The notes below the pieces were generated by a model, which had not been told where the DNA came from, ran no database searches, and saw only the letters and a program-made list of their open reading frames with translations. Below are positions 39,982 through 48,795 of a stretch of 64,000 nucleotides of DNA, piece after piece; position 1 is the stretch's first letter; each line of letters opens with the position of its first letter. This stretch comes from Waterburya sp. (GTDB lineage: Bacteria > Cyanobacteriota > Cyanobacteriia > Cyanobacteriales > Xenococcaceae): assembly GCA_965217895.1 (NCBI GenBank), contig CBDCJV010000002.1:864001-928000 (forward strand). The letters are read 5' to 3'. A program made the position numbers and the translations under genes.

Positions 39982-40529
39982 TGGGAGTTTTTAAGTTGAG
40001 ATATAGATGCTGGATTAAGATCCTCGATCGCAATACCGCATTTGTCTTTGGTAAATACTTTTTGATGGTTTAGTTTTTGCTGTTTTTTGGTTGACAGTCC
40101 CATCTGCTTGAGTAAACGATTAACGTGGCGATCGCTTATCTCGATTCCTAACTCCTGCGCCAGATGCTTGCTTAACCACTTTGCCGTCCAGCGTTCAAAC
40201 GAATACCCATAATCTTTTGGGCTATTGATAACCAGTTTTTGCAGACGATTTAGATATTCATCATTTACTGTTTTTGGTCTACCCACAGAATGCTCTTGCC
40301 AAGAACTTACTTTTTCTGTTTTGGCGATCGCCATCCAATATCTGGCTGTATCTCTAGAACAACCCAAGGCAGAACAGATTTCTGTCTGGGACTGCCCCAT
40401 ACGAGCGCGAAGCACAATTTCTAGGCGACGACGCTTAGTTTCATCTAAGTGGACTGGAATATCTTCGGGAATTATCTGCGCCAGTAAAGAAGATAATTCT
40501 TTTATTTGATTGACTTCCTGTTTTTTCAT
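39957..40529 (-). CDS. Transposase-like (IS630-type) HTH DNA-binding protein lacking a DDE domain; probable regulator of the export operon
   Basis: RRLEIVL...SQTEICSALGCSRDTARYW, GRP, SPKDYGYSFERWTAKWLSKHL; overlaps the exporter start. Confidence 0.8.
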   Translation of the reverse strand: MKKQEVNQIKELSSLLAQIIPEDIPVHLDETKRRRLEIVLRARMGQSQTEICSALGCSRDTARYWMAIAKTEKVSSWQEHSVGRPKTVNDEYLNRLQKLVINSPKDYGYSFERWTAKWLSKHLAQELGIEISDRHVNRLLKQMGLSTKKQQKLNHQKVFTKDKCGIAIEDLNPASISQLKNSQWCFQNKI

Positions 40530-41103
40530 TACTCTGCTTGTTTGAAAACTTTATAGCCGTTAACTAGAACTTTTTAGATCATCGCTAATCTACTGTTAAC
40601 TAGACATTAACTTTTACGAAGACATAATAGCCTCCATTGTGTCTTTAAATTAGTCATTATTTTAATATTTCAAACTGAGCCAACTAACAAAAAATATGTT
40701 TATCTAAGAAATAATGATACAACAGCAAAGCCTTTTGATTAGCTCAAAGAATCTTAAATTTAAATTTAATCTAACCGCCTAATATAAGCCATAATGGGAT
40801 TCATTCCGTATCATAACTACTATTGAAAGATATATATAGTAATTTAAAATACATTAGGGGACTCGAACAGATATCTAATCTAAAGTTAGTGTCTTTTTAA
40901 ACTATCAAACATTAGAGACATAATTATTTGCTTAAACTAATTTATGTCCAACTATTTGAGCAATTTAGGTTGATTTTGAATGGTTTTTTAAATTAAAACT
41001 AAGGCTAGATGAAAAAACGGTTATGGCAATTTAACATTCCATCAGCCTGATTCATCGCTAGTTTTGTAGATCATCTAATCAGCACTAAAGGAGAATTAAA
41101 GCA

Positions 41104-41361
41104 ATGGGAATTAATATTAACGATTTAAACCAAAAGCCTCTTGGTGGAGAATTGTTGTCTGGTTCTGAGAGCATTATGGACAACCTTCGCGTTCTTTCTG
41201 AAGAAGAATTGAGCATATCTGGTGGTGGCGGCTCCTGTGGTGGCGGCAGCAAAGGCAGTAAAGGCGGCAGTAAAGGTAGTAAAGGCGGCAGTAAAGGTAG
41301 TAAAGGCGGCAGCAAAGGCGGTGGATGTTACAATCCATGCCCCCCCCCTTGCCACCCTTAA
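41104..41361 (+). CDS. Double-glycine RiPP/secreted peptide precursor with GGSKGSK-repeat, Cys/Pro-rich core
   Basis: RBS AAGGAG upstream; leader MGININDL...GGELL...LSEEELSISGG; core GGSCGGGSKGSKGGSKGSKGGSKGSKGGSKGGGCYNPCPPPCHP. Confidence 0.88.
   Translation: MGININDLNQKPLGGELLSGSESIMDNLRVLSEEELSISGGGGSCGGGSKGSKGGSKGSKGGSKGSKGGSKGGGCYNPCPPPCHP
41242..41319 (+). repeat. Coding 21-bp tandem repeat (3 full copies + partial)
   Basis: GGCGGCAGYAAAGGYAGTAAA x3 + GGCGGCAGCAAAGGC; variation only at synonymous positions. Confidence 0.95.
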
Positions 41362-41383
41362 AAACTTTGTCCCTTGACAATAG

Positions 41384-41461
41384 GTAGCTTCAAAATACTC
41401 CATCAAAGGCGATCAATAACTTAATATTAGCGATCCTTTTGATGGAGAAGCTACTTTTTTT
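41384..41461 (+). terminator. Long stem-loop with T tract between precursor and kinase genes
   Basis: GTAGCTT...CTCCATCAAAGG...CCTTTTGATGGAG-AAGCTAC followed by T7. Confidence 0.7.
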
Positions 41462-41504
41462 CTAATTAATTCAAATTAATACTTTTTCTTAAAACTGATT
41501 TGTT

Positions 41505-42707
41505 ATGGGATTAATTCTTAGTGCTGACAATGTAGTTAATTTCTTAAAGCAGCACCAGATTTGTCCTCCAGATTTTCAACCTACTGTTCCAGTAATCTGT
41601 AAAGAGAGTAAAAACTTTAATTTAGTAGTTCAGTCGAAAGATAGTCCTAGTTTTTTAGTTAAGCAAAATCGGCTTGATAGTCAAGGGAAAACTTCAGGGA
41701 ATTTATTTAGCGAATGGTTAGTCCAAGAACTAGTCAATAACTTTAACGAGCTAGCTTCTATTCAACCTTTAATCTCGGAAGTAGTATTATTTGATCGAGC
41801 CAACTCAATTCTGGTATCGGTTTTCTACGATCAATATATCTCTATTGATGACTATTACGAGGTTCGCCAAAGCTATAATCCGCAGATAGCTCAGATGGTT
41901 GGAGCCAATTTAGCTCAAGTTCATCGCACTACCTATCAAAAGCCACATCTCAAAAAGTTTTTGAGTCAATACTTTAATTTAGAACTAGCAAAAAAACCAC
42001 CAGGATTTATTAGAAGATTAAATAGTCTTAGTCCTAGTATTTTTGGTGAAATCTGTCCTGATGGCTTAAATTTTTATAAACTATATCAACGGTTTCCTAG
42101 TCTTAATCGAGCAGTTGTAGAACTGTACGACGATCTACAGCCAGCTTGTCTTACCCATGATGACTTGAAACTAGATAACTTTATTATTGATAATAGTTTT
42201 GATGCCGATCTTGATAGCATTAAGCCAGAACAAATCAAGATAATTGATTGGGAATTGTGTTGCTGGGCAGATCCAGCAACAGATTTAGGAATGCTGATAT
42301 CTCAATATTTAGCAGAATGGCTTAATAGTTTAGTTGCTGATCCAAACCTGGAACTCGATATCATCCTCAGTATAGCTATCTGTCCTCTAGAAAAAATTAC
42401 GCCAAGTCTTAGAGAATTATTGCGAGGATATTTGAATGCCTTTCCCGAAATTATAGAGGATCGCCCTGATTTCGTAAGTAGAATTGTGCAGTTTGCAGGA
42501 ATTGGCATTCTCGATCGCTTAAGTTACCACGTTGAACATCATTATCCTTTCGACAATGATGCTCTTTGCAAACTACAGGTTGCCAAGAATTTACTTTGCT
42601 ATGCCGATAAAGGAATTAAAACGATATTTGGCACTACCGAAGCTGAGTTGATAGAACATTATAGCTCAAAAAAATTAAGTAATTTAAAGACTGTAGCCTT
42701 AAAATAA
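41505..42707 (+). CDS. APH-like phosphotransferase / peptide kinase (class V LanK-like)
   Basis: KNFNLVV, FLVKQ, LTHDDLKLDN (HxDxxxxN), IIDWE, DPATDLG. Confidence 0.85.
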   Translation: MGLILSADNVVNFLKQHQICPPDFQPTVPVICKESKNFNLVVQSKDSPSFLVKQNRLDSQGKTSGNLFSEWLVQELVNNFNELASIQPLISEVVLFDRANSILVSVFYDQYISIDDYYEVRQSYNPQIAQMVGANLAQVHRTTYQKPHLKKFLSQYFNLELAKKPPGFIRRLNSLSPSIFGEICPDGLNFYKLYQRFPSLNRAVVELYDDLQPACLTHDDLKLDNFIIDNSFDADLDSIKPEQIKIIDWELCCWADPATDLGMLISQYLAEWLNSLVADPNLELDIILSIAICPLEKITPSLRELLRGYLNAFPEIIEDRPDFVSRIVQFAGIGILDRLSYHVEHHYPFDNDALCKLQVAKNLLCYADKGIKTIFGTTEAELIEHYSSKKLSNLKTVALK

Positions 42708-42751
42708 CTCGATATAAATATAAAAATAAAATTAAGCTTAATTTTAAAATT

Positions 42752-43840
42752 ATGATTTCAGCGATCGCTTCTGCAAATCAGTCAGATTTAATAGCCCACC
42801 AGTTTAAGTTTAAACAGCAGCTAGAAAACGTTGTCGCTAAAGTGGCGATCGCCTCAAATTTTACGATCTCCTATGAAGATTTTGAACCTTTAGAAGTTAA
42901 ACCTCATCTTAAAGAGTATTTAAACCAAATCTCTCCTACAGAGCGCAATCAATATCTTGCAGCTAAACTGCAAACATATCTTTACAGTATTTTTTGTACT
43001 AGACTTAAGCCAGATCTCAATAATTCTTTGACTACTGAAGATACGACTAGGGTAGCTAATCGGATTAAAAAATGGTATAAAACCGAGTTTTACCAACAAC
43101 TTACTCAAAATAATCACGGTCAAGGTTACAGCGATCCTAATTGGTTAGTCACTAAGCAAGTAGATGATTATTGGCACGTCACCAAAAATCATCTAACCTT
43201 GCATATTAAAAATAGTCATCTTGTCGAAGCCTCAGAAAAATTATCTCTAGGAAAATTAGTGTCAATTAAAATGCCCTCAAACTTAGTAGATAGAGGTATA
43301 TATATTGCAGTGGGGGATAAAGGTTCAGCCAATAGTATAGGTGGCGATCGAGGCTCTATAATTAACCAACTGTATTTTAATGTTGACTCTCAAGGGGCAT
43401 TACGTCTGCTGGATGATTTAACTCAAACATTAAATCAAATCAAAGTTCCTTTTGATTTTAAAATTGCTTACAACGAGACAAAATTCGACGATCTTGATGC
43501 GGTGGTTTTAGAGTTTAGAAACAATGATTTCGATCTGATATATCCTGTAGTCCAAACTGCTTGTTACGAACGTCAAACTTATTTTCGCTCAGAGATCCCC
43601 TTCTTTTGCCAGTTTCTCTCCCCTGGTTTGGGGTTGGCAGAAAAACCGCGATCGCCAAAATTCGCACGAGAGAATATCGGGCAACACTATTGCGGTATCA
43701 TCGCCCAGGCTTTAGTCGAAATATGGCAGCAAAACAATTTAATTGAAAATAAATTAGATTATGTCCTAAATTACTTATCCGCAGGGGGGGTAGATATCGA
43801 ACGTCTTTATCTTAATCCTCATTTACAGAGCAATGATTGA
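42752..43840 (+). CDS. HopA1-family protein (class V LanY-like), apparently degenerate active site
   Basis: NHGQGYSDPNW, YIAVGD, LYFNV, PFDFKI, PGLGLAEKP, LYLNP. Confidence 0.8.
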   Translation: MISAIASANQSDLIAHQFKFKQQLENVVAKVAIASNFTISYEDFEPLEVKPHLKEYLNQISPTERNQYLAAKLQTYLYSIFCTRLKPDLNNSLTTEDTTRVANRIKKWYKTEFYQQLTQNNHGQGYSDPNWLVTKQVDDYWHVTKNHLTLHIKNSHLVEASEKLSLGKLVSIKMPSNLVDRGIYIAVGDKGSANSIGGDRGSIINQLYFNVDSQGALRLLDDLTQTLNQIKVPFDFKIAYNETKFDDLDAVVLEFRNNDFDLIYPVVQTACYERQTYFRSEIPFFCQFLSPGLGLAEKPRSPKFARENIGQHYCGIIAQALVEIWQQNNLIENKLDYVLNYLSAGGVDIERLYLNPHLQSND

Positions 43841-43929
43841 CAGAATGCAGGTATTAAATCTCCTGTTTAGAAAAAGTAAAAAACACGGCTCTTAATTAAA
43901 ATTTAATCTATCAACCAATCATTTTTATT

Positions 43930-44634
43930 ATGCCTATTGAACCTTGGTTTCCCCTTGTTGTCTATTATGCAGACTTAGAAGATGCCTCAAAACATAAAGA
44001 GTCTCTAGTATCTACAATTCTCAAGCTGGAAAAAGAAAATGGTTATCAAAGAAGAATCGATGCTGATATTGCCTGGACTGGAGATTTTCACGGAGTAGGA
44101 CATATTCATGAACATCCCAATTTTACTTGGATTGTTGAGCAAATGGAAGCTCACATTCTCCGTTATCTTGAAGAGTTGGGGATTGATTTAGACAAAATAG
44201 AATTGTATATTCAAAGAGCTTGGCCCATTGTGTCTCGTGAAAATCAAGCAATTCCTCCCCATGCTCATCACAATGCTCACGTCAGTGCCGTATACTATGT
44301 ATCCATTCCTGAAAGTGGTACTGCCAAATCTGGTGCGTTTACGATTTACAATGATGCGGGGATGAACGAAATTCTTGAAGGTATAGGAGACGAGTATACT
44401 AATGCCATTAAGAAAAGAAACCCATTCAACTATGAAACAGGATACTATGCGCCTAAAGAAGGAAGAATATTAATATTTCCCTCAAAGCAACGTCATGGCG
44501 TAGAAGCCAACGAAACTGGAGAGATCAGAATCTCATTATCTTTCGATGTTGTCATTACCTCTTCAGAAAATGGAGATCCTGGATTGCATGAATTTTTATC
44601 GCCCCCACCAAGCCAGTGGAAAAAATTTGGATAG
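43930..44634 (+). CDS. 2-oxoglutarate/Fe(II)-dependent oxygenase-like protein (TIGR02466-type)
   Basis: PHAHHNAHVSAVYY, PKEGRILIFPS, HGV, RISLSFD. Confidence 0.85.
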   Translation: MPIEPWFPLVVYYADLEDASKHKESLVSTILKLEKENGYQRRIDADIAWTGDFHGVGHIHEHPNFTWIVEQMEAHILRYLEELGIDLDKIELYIQRAWPIVSRENQAIPPHAHHNAHVSAVYYVSIPESGTAKSGAFTIYNDAGMNEILEGIGDEYTNAIKKRNPFNYETGYYAPKEGRILIFPSKQRHGVEANETGEIRISLSFDVVITSSENGDPGLHEFLSPPPSQWKKFG

Positions 44635-44816
44635 AAACAAAGGTAGTCTTGAAGAAGAGTCATTCCAACTAATTTCCTCTTTGCACCATTTCTTTAACCA
44701 ATGGAAGAAAAATGGCGATCGCTTCTTGTCGATCGATGATTCTAATTTTAATGAGCAAATCTGAAGCTAAAGCCAGTAAGTTTGCCGTGTGAATAAAACG
44801 ATGAACTCCAAAAAAT

Positions 44817-45737
44817 TTAGTCATGACGACGTGAGAAAGATTTTGCTTCGACAAAGAGATTTTTAATCTCTGGATGCTGACTACGAATTTTTGCTTCTAA
44901 ACGATCGATGGCCTCTGTTAGCTCTTCAACTGATAATTCTCGCTGAAAGATAATTTCAATATTAAGTAATACTTCGTCAGGTCCAAAATGCAATGTAAGT
45001 ACTCGCATTACTTCTTTAACGGCCCGATCTTTGGCTGCTAATTCGCGAATACTGTTAACCGTCGCAATATCAGCACTTTCACCTACTAATAAACCTTTAC
45101 ATTCATACGCCAGCAGAACAGCAACTATTGTCAAAATAATGCCAATAATAACCGAAGCTGCTCCGTCAAAATAAGGATTTTTTAATAAATGACCCAAGAA
45201 AACGCCCAAAAAAGCGACTATTAAACCTAGAAGAGCAGCAGAGTCTTCAAATAAAACCGTAAAAATAGTCGGGTCTTTACTATTTTTTGCTGCTTGCCAA
45301 ATGTTTCGATCGCCCTGGGATGATAATAACTCCCGATAAGCCACACGCCAAGATAATCCTTCAAACACGAACGCACAGCCTAAAACAATATAACTCCATA
45401 AAGGATCTTCTAAAGGAGACGGCTCAATTAAATGAGTTATGCCTTCATAAAAAGACATTCCACCACCAAGGGCAAAAATGAGAATCGCTACGATTAGAGT
45501 CCAGAAATATAATTCTTGACCATAACCAAACGGATGACTGGCATCTGCTGGTTTTTTACTGAGACGGATGCCCAATAATAACAGTAATTCATTGCTTGTA
45601 TCGACTACCGAATGAATACCTTCTGAGAGCATAGCCGAACTACCGCTAATTCCTGCTGCAATAAATTTAGTAATGGCGATCGCTAAGTTAGCAGCGATCG
45701 CCGCAAAAATAGTTTTTTTTGAGGAGTCAGATGCCAT
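44817..45737 (-). CDS. Cation diffusion facilitator transporter
   Basis: SEGIHSVVD, HPFGYG, FEDSAALLG, DGAAS. Confidence 0.92.
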   Translation of the reverse strand: MASDSSKKTIFAAIAANLAIAITKFIAAGISGSSAMLSEGIHSVVDTSNELLLLLGIRLSKKPADASHPFGYGQELYFWTLIVAILIFALGGGMSFYEGITHLIEPSPLEDPLWSYIVLGCAFVFEGLSWRVAYRELLSSQGDRNIWQAAKNSKDPTIFTVLFEDSAALLGLIVAFLGVFLGHLLKNPYFDGAASVIIGIILTIVAVLLAYECKGLLVGESADIATVNSIRELAAKDRAVKEVMRVLTLHFGPDEVLLNIEIIFQRELSVEELTEAIDRLEAKIRSQHPEIKNLFVEAKSFSRRHD

Positions 45738-45830
45738 AATCGGTTTAAGTAGTTAATTATAAGAGAAAACCAATACCGATAATAATGGACTAAGGAGTCG
45801 GCGACATACTGCCTAAACCTAAAAGCTTGT

Positions 45831-46172
45831 TCAGGTTTGCGGTTTAGATAAAGCTTGTAATTCCGACCAAGAATAGTGAGCGAGAATTTCATTTTCTCCC
45901 TGGGCTTCTCCTAAAACTTCCATCGCTTTTTGTTCGAGTTCTTCTAGATCTTCTCCTACTACATCACCAACTGCACCGCCAACTACCGCACCAGCGATCG
46001 CCCCCAATACCTTACCAGTTTTGCCGCCAATTAATTTACTACCAATCGCAGCACCAGCTACACCGCCACTTACCGCGCCAATTCCTGTTTCTATGGCGTT
46101 ATGCTTCGGTTGCTGAGTGAGTTCTTGTGTTTTTTGCTCTTGCCTTTCTTTATTCTTGTTTTCTTCGTTCAT
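45831..46172 (-). CDS. Glycine-zipper domain protein
   Basis: GIGAVSGGVAGAAIG...GAIAGAVVGGAVG. Confidence 0.7.
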   Translation of the reverse strand: MNEENKNKERQEQKTQELTQQPKHNAIETGIGAVSGGVAGAAIGSKLIGGKTGKVLGAIAGAVVGGAVGDVVGEDLEELEQKAMEVLGEAQGENEILAHYSWSELQALSKPQT

Positions 46173-46204
46173 CTTAGGCTATCCTCTCTTACTTTTTACT
46201 TTTT

Positions 46205-46325
46205 ACTCAAGGGGTCAAGCTGGAGAAATACCGCCTTTATACTGTACCTGTTCAAAGTCCCGTTCTCTCAAAGGCAACAGTAACAGTGCTGCGCCATAAA
46301 CTTTAGTATTGCCACCTACCCAATC
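46205..46325 (-). pseudogene. Isolated fragment of a GMC-family oxidoreductase
   Basis: Reads WVGGNTKVYGAALLLLPLRERDFEQVQYKGGISPA*PL; matches the VGGNTKxYGAAL...RDF...GISPxWP motif, with a stop at the Trp. Confidence 0.65.
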
Positions 46326-46858
46326 TAAATGCTTAACAGCTTAACAGGGCAAGAGATAGCAAAAAAGCGTCGAGCAAATAAGTTTCTATCAGCCAATACA
46401 TCCATTTTATTGCTAATTTCCTTTGCGATCTACTTTAATAGAGTAGATCGATTAAATGTCAGAGTTGTGTCAATGTCATAAAATTCAGCAAGTTTCATCT
46501 AATTGTTAATGAAGTAAGAAGTAACTGACCTCTGACCTCTGACCTGAAGCGAGCGAACATCAACGTTGAATTTAATTTTGTCCAACTACTTTAGAATCTC
46601 TGTAAAAACTTTAAAATAGTTAAATGGTTATTTGAATGGACTATTAGCCAAGATATATTTGGCTTTCCTAAGCTATCAATGTACGGCTCTTTCTCATAAA
46701 TCATTCCTGATTGCTATAGCTTTCTGAGGCTATTACGTTTAGGCGTTGCTAAATCACTAATTGTAGAAGTCATCTGTGGTAGATTAGACTTTAACTATGG
46801 AAAGTACTTGTCGTCTCTATAAATTGAAATTGGCAATTTTTATTTTATTTTTAAGCTT

Positions 46859-48148
46859 ATGGTAATTACAAAAAAAGGACTGATTTTGGGAACAACTGCT
46901 GTAGCTCTATCGGCTGTTGCAGTTGTTGGAACAGGCATATACCTAAAAAGTCAGGCTTTCATTCAAACTGGTCCAAAAGAGACAGTGGACGAAGTCTGGC
47001 AAATTATCAATCATCAGTATGTAGACACTAGCTTTAATCATACTGATTGGTCAAAAATTCGTCAGCAATATGTTAAAAATGCTGCTTATGAAAACAAACA
47101 AGATGCTTACAAAGCAATTCGAGAAATGCTGGGTAAGCTAGGAGATCCTTATACGCGCTTTATGAATCCAGAGGAGTTTCAGAATATGCGCATTGATACT
47201 TCAGGGGAGTTAACTGGAGTAGGTATTACCATTGCTAAAGATGAAAAGACAAACAGATTAATAGTTATATCTCCCGTTGAAGATACTCCTGCGTTTAAAG
47301 CGGGTATCCTAGCACAAGATTTAATTACCAAAATTGACGGTCAAGATACTAAAGGAATGGATGTCAACGATGCGGTTAAGTTGATTAGAGGCGAAGAAGG
47401 AACTCAGGTTAATCTAACAATTGATCGCCAGGGTAAAAAGAAAGACTATAACATTGTGCGCGAAAAAATTGAGATTCATCCTGTTCGAGCAGCCGTTAAA
47501 GATACTGACATCGGCAAGATAGGATATATTCGCCTGACAACCTTCAATGAGAATGCTGCTAAAGATATGCAGAAGGCGATTGAATCTCAGGAAAAAGAAG
47601 GTGTTGTTGGCTATGTACTAGATCTACGCTCTAATCCAGGGGGTTTACTTTACTCGTCAATTAATATTGCTCGGATGTGGATTAATGACGGTACGATTGT
47701 CTCTACTGTCGATCGCCAAGGAGTAAGCGATCGCGAATCAGCAACCCACAAAGCTTTAACGCAAAAGCCTCTAGTTGTTTTGGTCAACGAAGGTTCAGCC
47801 AGTGCCAGCGAAATTCTTTCTGGTGCGCTACAAGATAATAAACGAGCAACTTTACTTGGTACAAAAACTTTTGGTAAAGGTCTGGTGCAGTCAGTTCGTC
47901 CTCTGGGGGATGGCTCTGGATTAGCAGTGACTATTGCTAAGTATCTTACCCCTAGCGGTAGAGATATTAACAAGCATGGAATTGACCCCGATGTCTTAGT
48001 AAAATTGAACGAAAAGCAGCTAAAAGAGCTTTATGGTGGCACTTCTGATAATTTAGGTTCAAAAAATGATCCGCAATTTTCTAAGGCAATTGATGTGCTA
48101 AATAAAGATTTGGCGCATCAGGACTCTAAACCTCAAGCAGCTAAGTAA
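46859..48148 (+). CDS. S41 carboxyl-terminal processing protease (Ctp family)
   Basis: DPYTRF, PDZ, DLRSNPGG, SASASEI, TFGKGLVQ; paralogue (CtpA/B/C) not assignable by eye. Confidence 0.93.
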   Translation: MVITKKGLILGTTAVALSAVAVVGTGIYLKSQAFIQTGPKETVDEVWQIINHQYVDTSFNHTDWSKIRQQYVKNAAYENKQDAYKAIREMLGKLGDPYTRFMNPEEFQNMRIDTSGELTGVGITIAKDEKTNRLIVISPVEDTPAFKAGILAQDLITKIDGQDTKGMDVNDAVKLIRGEEGTQVNLTIDRQGKKKDYNIVREKIEIHPVRAAVKDTDIGKIGYIRLTTFNENAAKDMQKAIESQEKEGVVGYVLDLRSNPGGLLYSSINIARMWINDGTIVSTVDRQGVSDRESATHKALTQKPLVVLVNEGSASASEILSGALQDNKRATLLGTKTFGKGLVQSVRPLGDGSGLAVTIAKYLTPSGRDINKHGIDPDVLVKLNEKQLKELYGGTSDNLGSKNDPQFSKAIDVLNKDLAHQDSKPQAAK

Positions 48149-48175
48149 GACTAAAGTTACTAATAACTAACTTAA

Positions 48176-48358
48176 CTATTGGGGTTTGCACTTACCAGCC
48201 CTAATTAAACCAATTTTCTTGGCGATCGCCTCTTGCTCGCTAGCAAATGAACCCCAATGTTTTTGCTCTGGGGTTTTTGTTTGAGATTTGTCAAAAACAG
48301 CTATTTCACAAGTTCCATTGCCTTGCTTTATTACATACCAAAACTGTTTATCCGTCAT
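48176..48358 (-). CDS. Small conserved cyanobacterial hypothetical protein
   Basis: WYVIKQ..GTCEI...WGSFASEQEAIAKKIGLIRAGKCKP; directly downstream of psbI. Confidence 0.7.
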   Translation of the reverse strand: MTDKQFWYVIKQGNGTCEIAVFDKSQTKTPEQKHWGSFASEQEAIAKKIGLIRAGKCKPQ

Positions 48359-48431
48359 AGTTTAGCCAAAAAAATAAGGGGCTATGATACTTGCCCCAGC
48401 TTTTGATATTTTAAATTAAACAAAAGAAAAA

Positions 48432-48548
48432 TTATTCTGAATCACTACGACCAGGATTACGGGAAGGATCGCTAGATAGGAAGCCAAAGATAAAAATGCC
48501 AATGAAGAAAAATACGGTGATGTAAACAACAATTTTGAGAGTAGCCAT
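48432..48548 (-). CDS. psbI: Photosystem II reaction centre protein I
   Basis: Manual translation [38 protein letters not shown]. Confidence 0.96.
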   Translation of the reverse strand: MATLKIVVYITVFFFIGIFIFGFLSSDPSRNPGRSDSE

Positions 48549-48795
48549 GTTAATTATCTCCTGATAAGTCTAAAAAATGTTAACCAAATTATTAATAAGC
48601 GTTTTTTGTTCCAAAAACATATTTTAGTAGCTGATAATGTTACTAAAATGAACTACCCTATACAACCATAAGGTCGCAGACGGAATTAAAATTTTGAAAC
48701 CAATATTACGTAATTATTAAATCATACCTGAATACACTCCCACAATCCGATTTTTTCTCTGATATGGGTTCAAGTACTTAAAATATATCTACAAC

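Noticed and set aside
39957..40529. Active IS630 element
   Set aside because: No DDE domain or terminal repeats; integrated in the export operon
41242..41319. Possible CRISPR-like array
   Set aside because: Direct tandem repeats without spacers, inside a coding frame; no cas genes or repeat-spacer arrays seen anywhere in the window
41085..41406. Three minus-strand repeat ORFs (LPPLLPL, AAFTTFT, CRLYYLY repeats)
   Set aside because: Antisense frames of the 21-bp repeat; only the plus frame has an RBS, a GG leader and synonymous-only repeat variation
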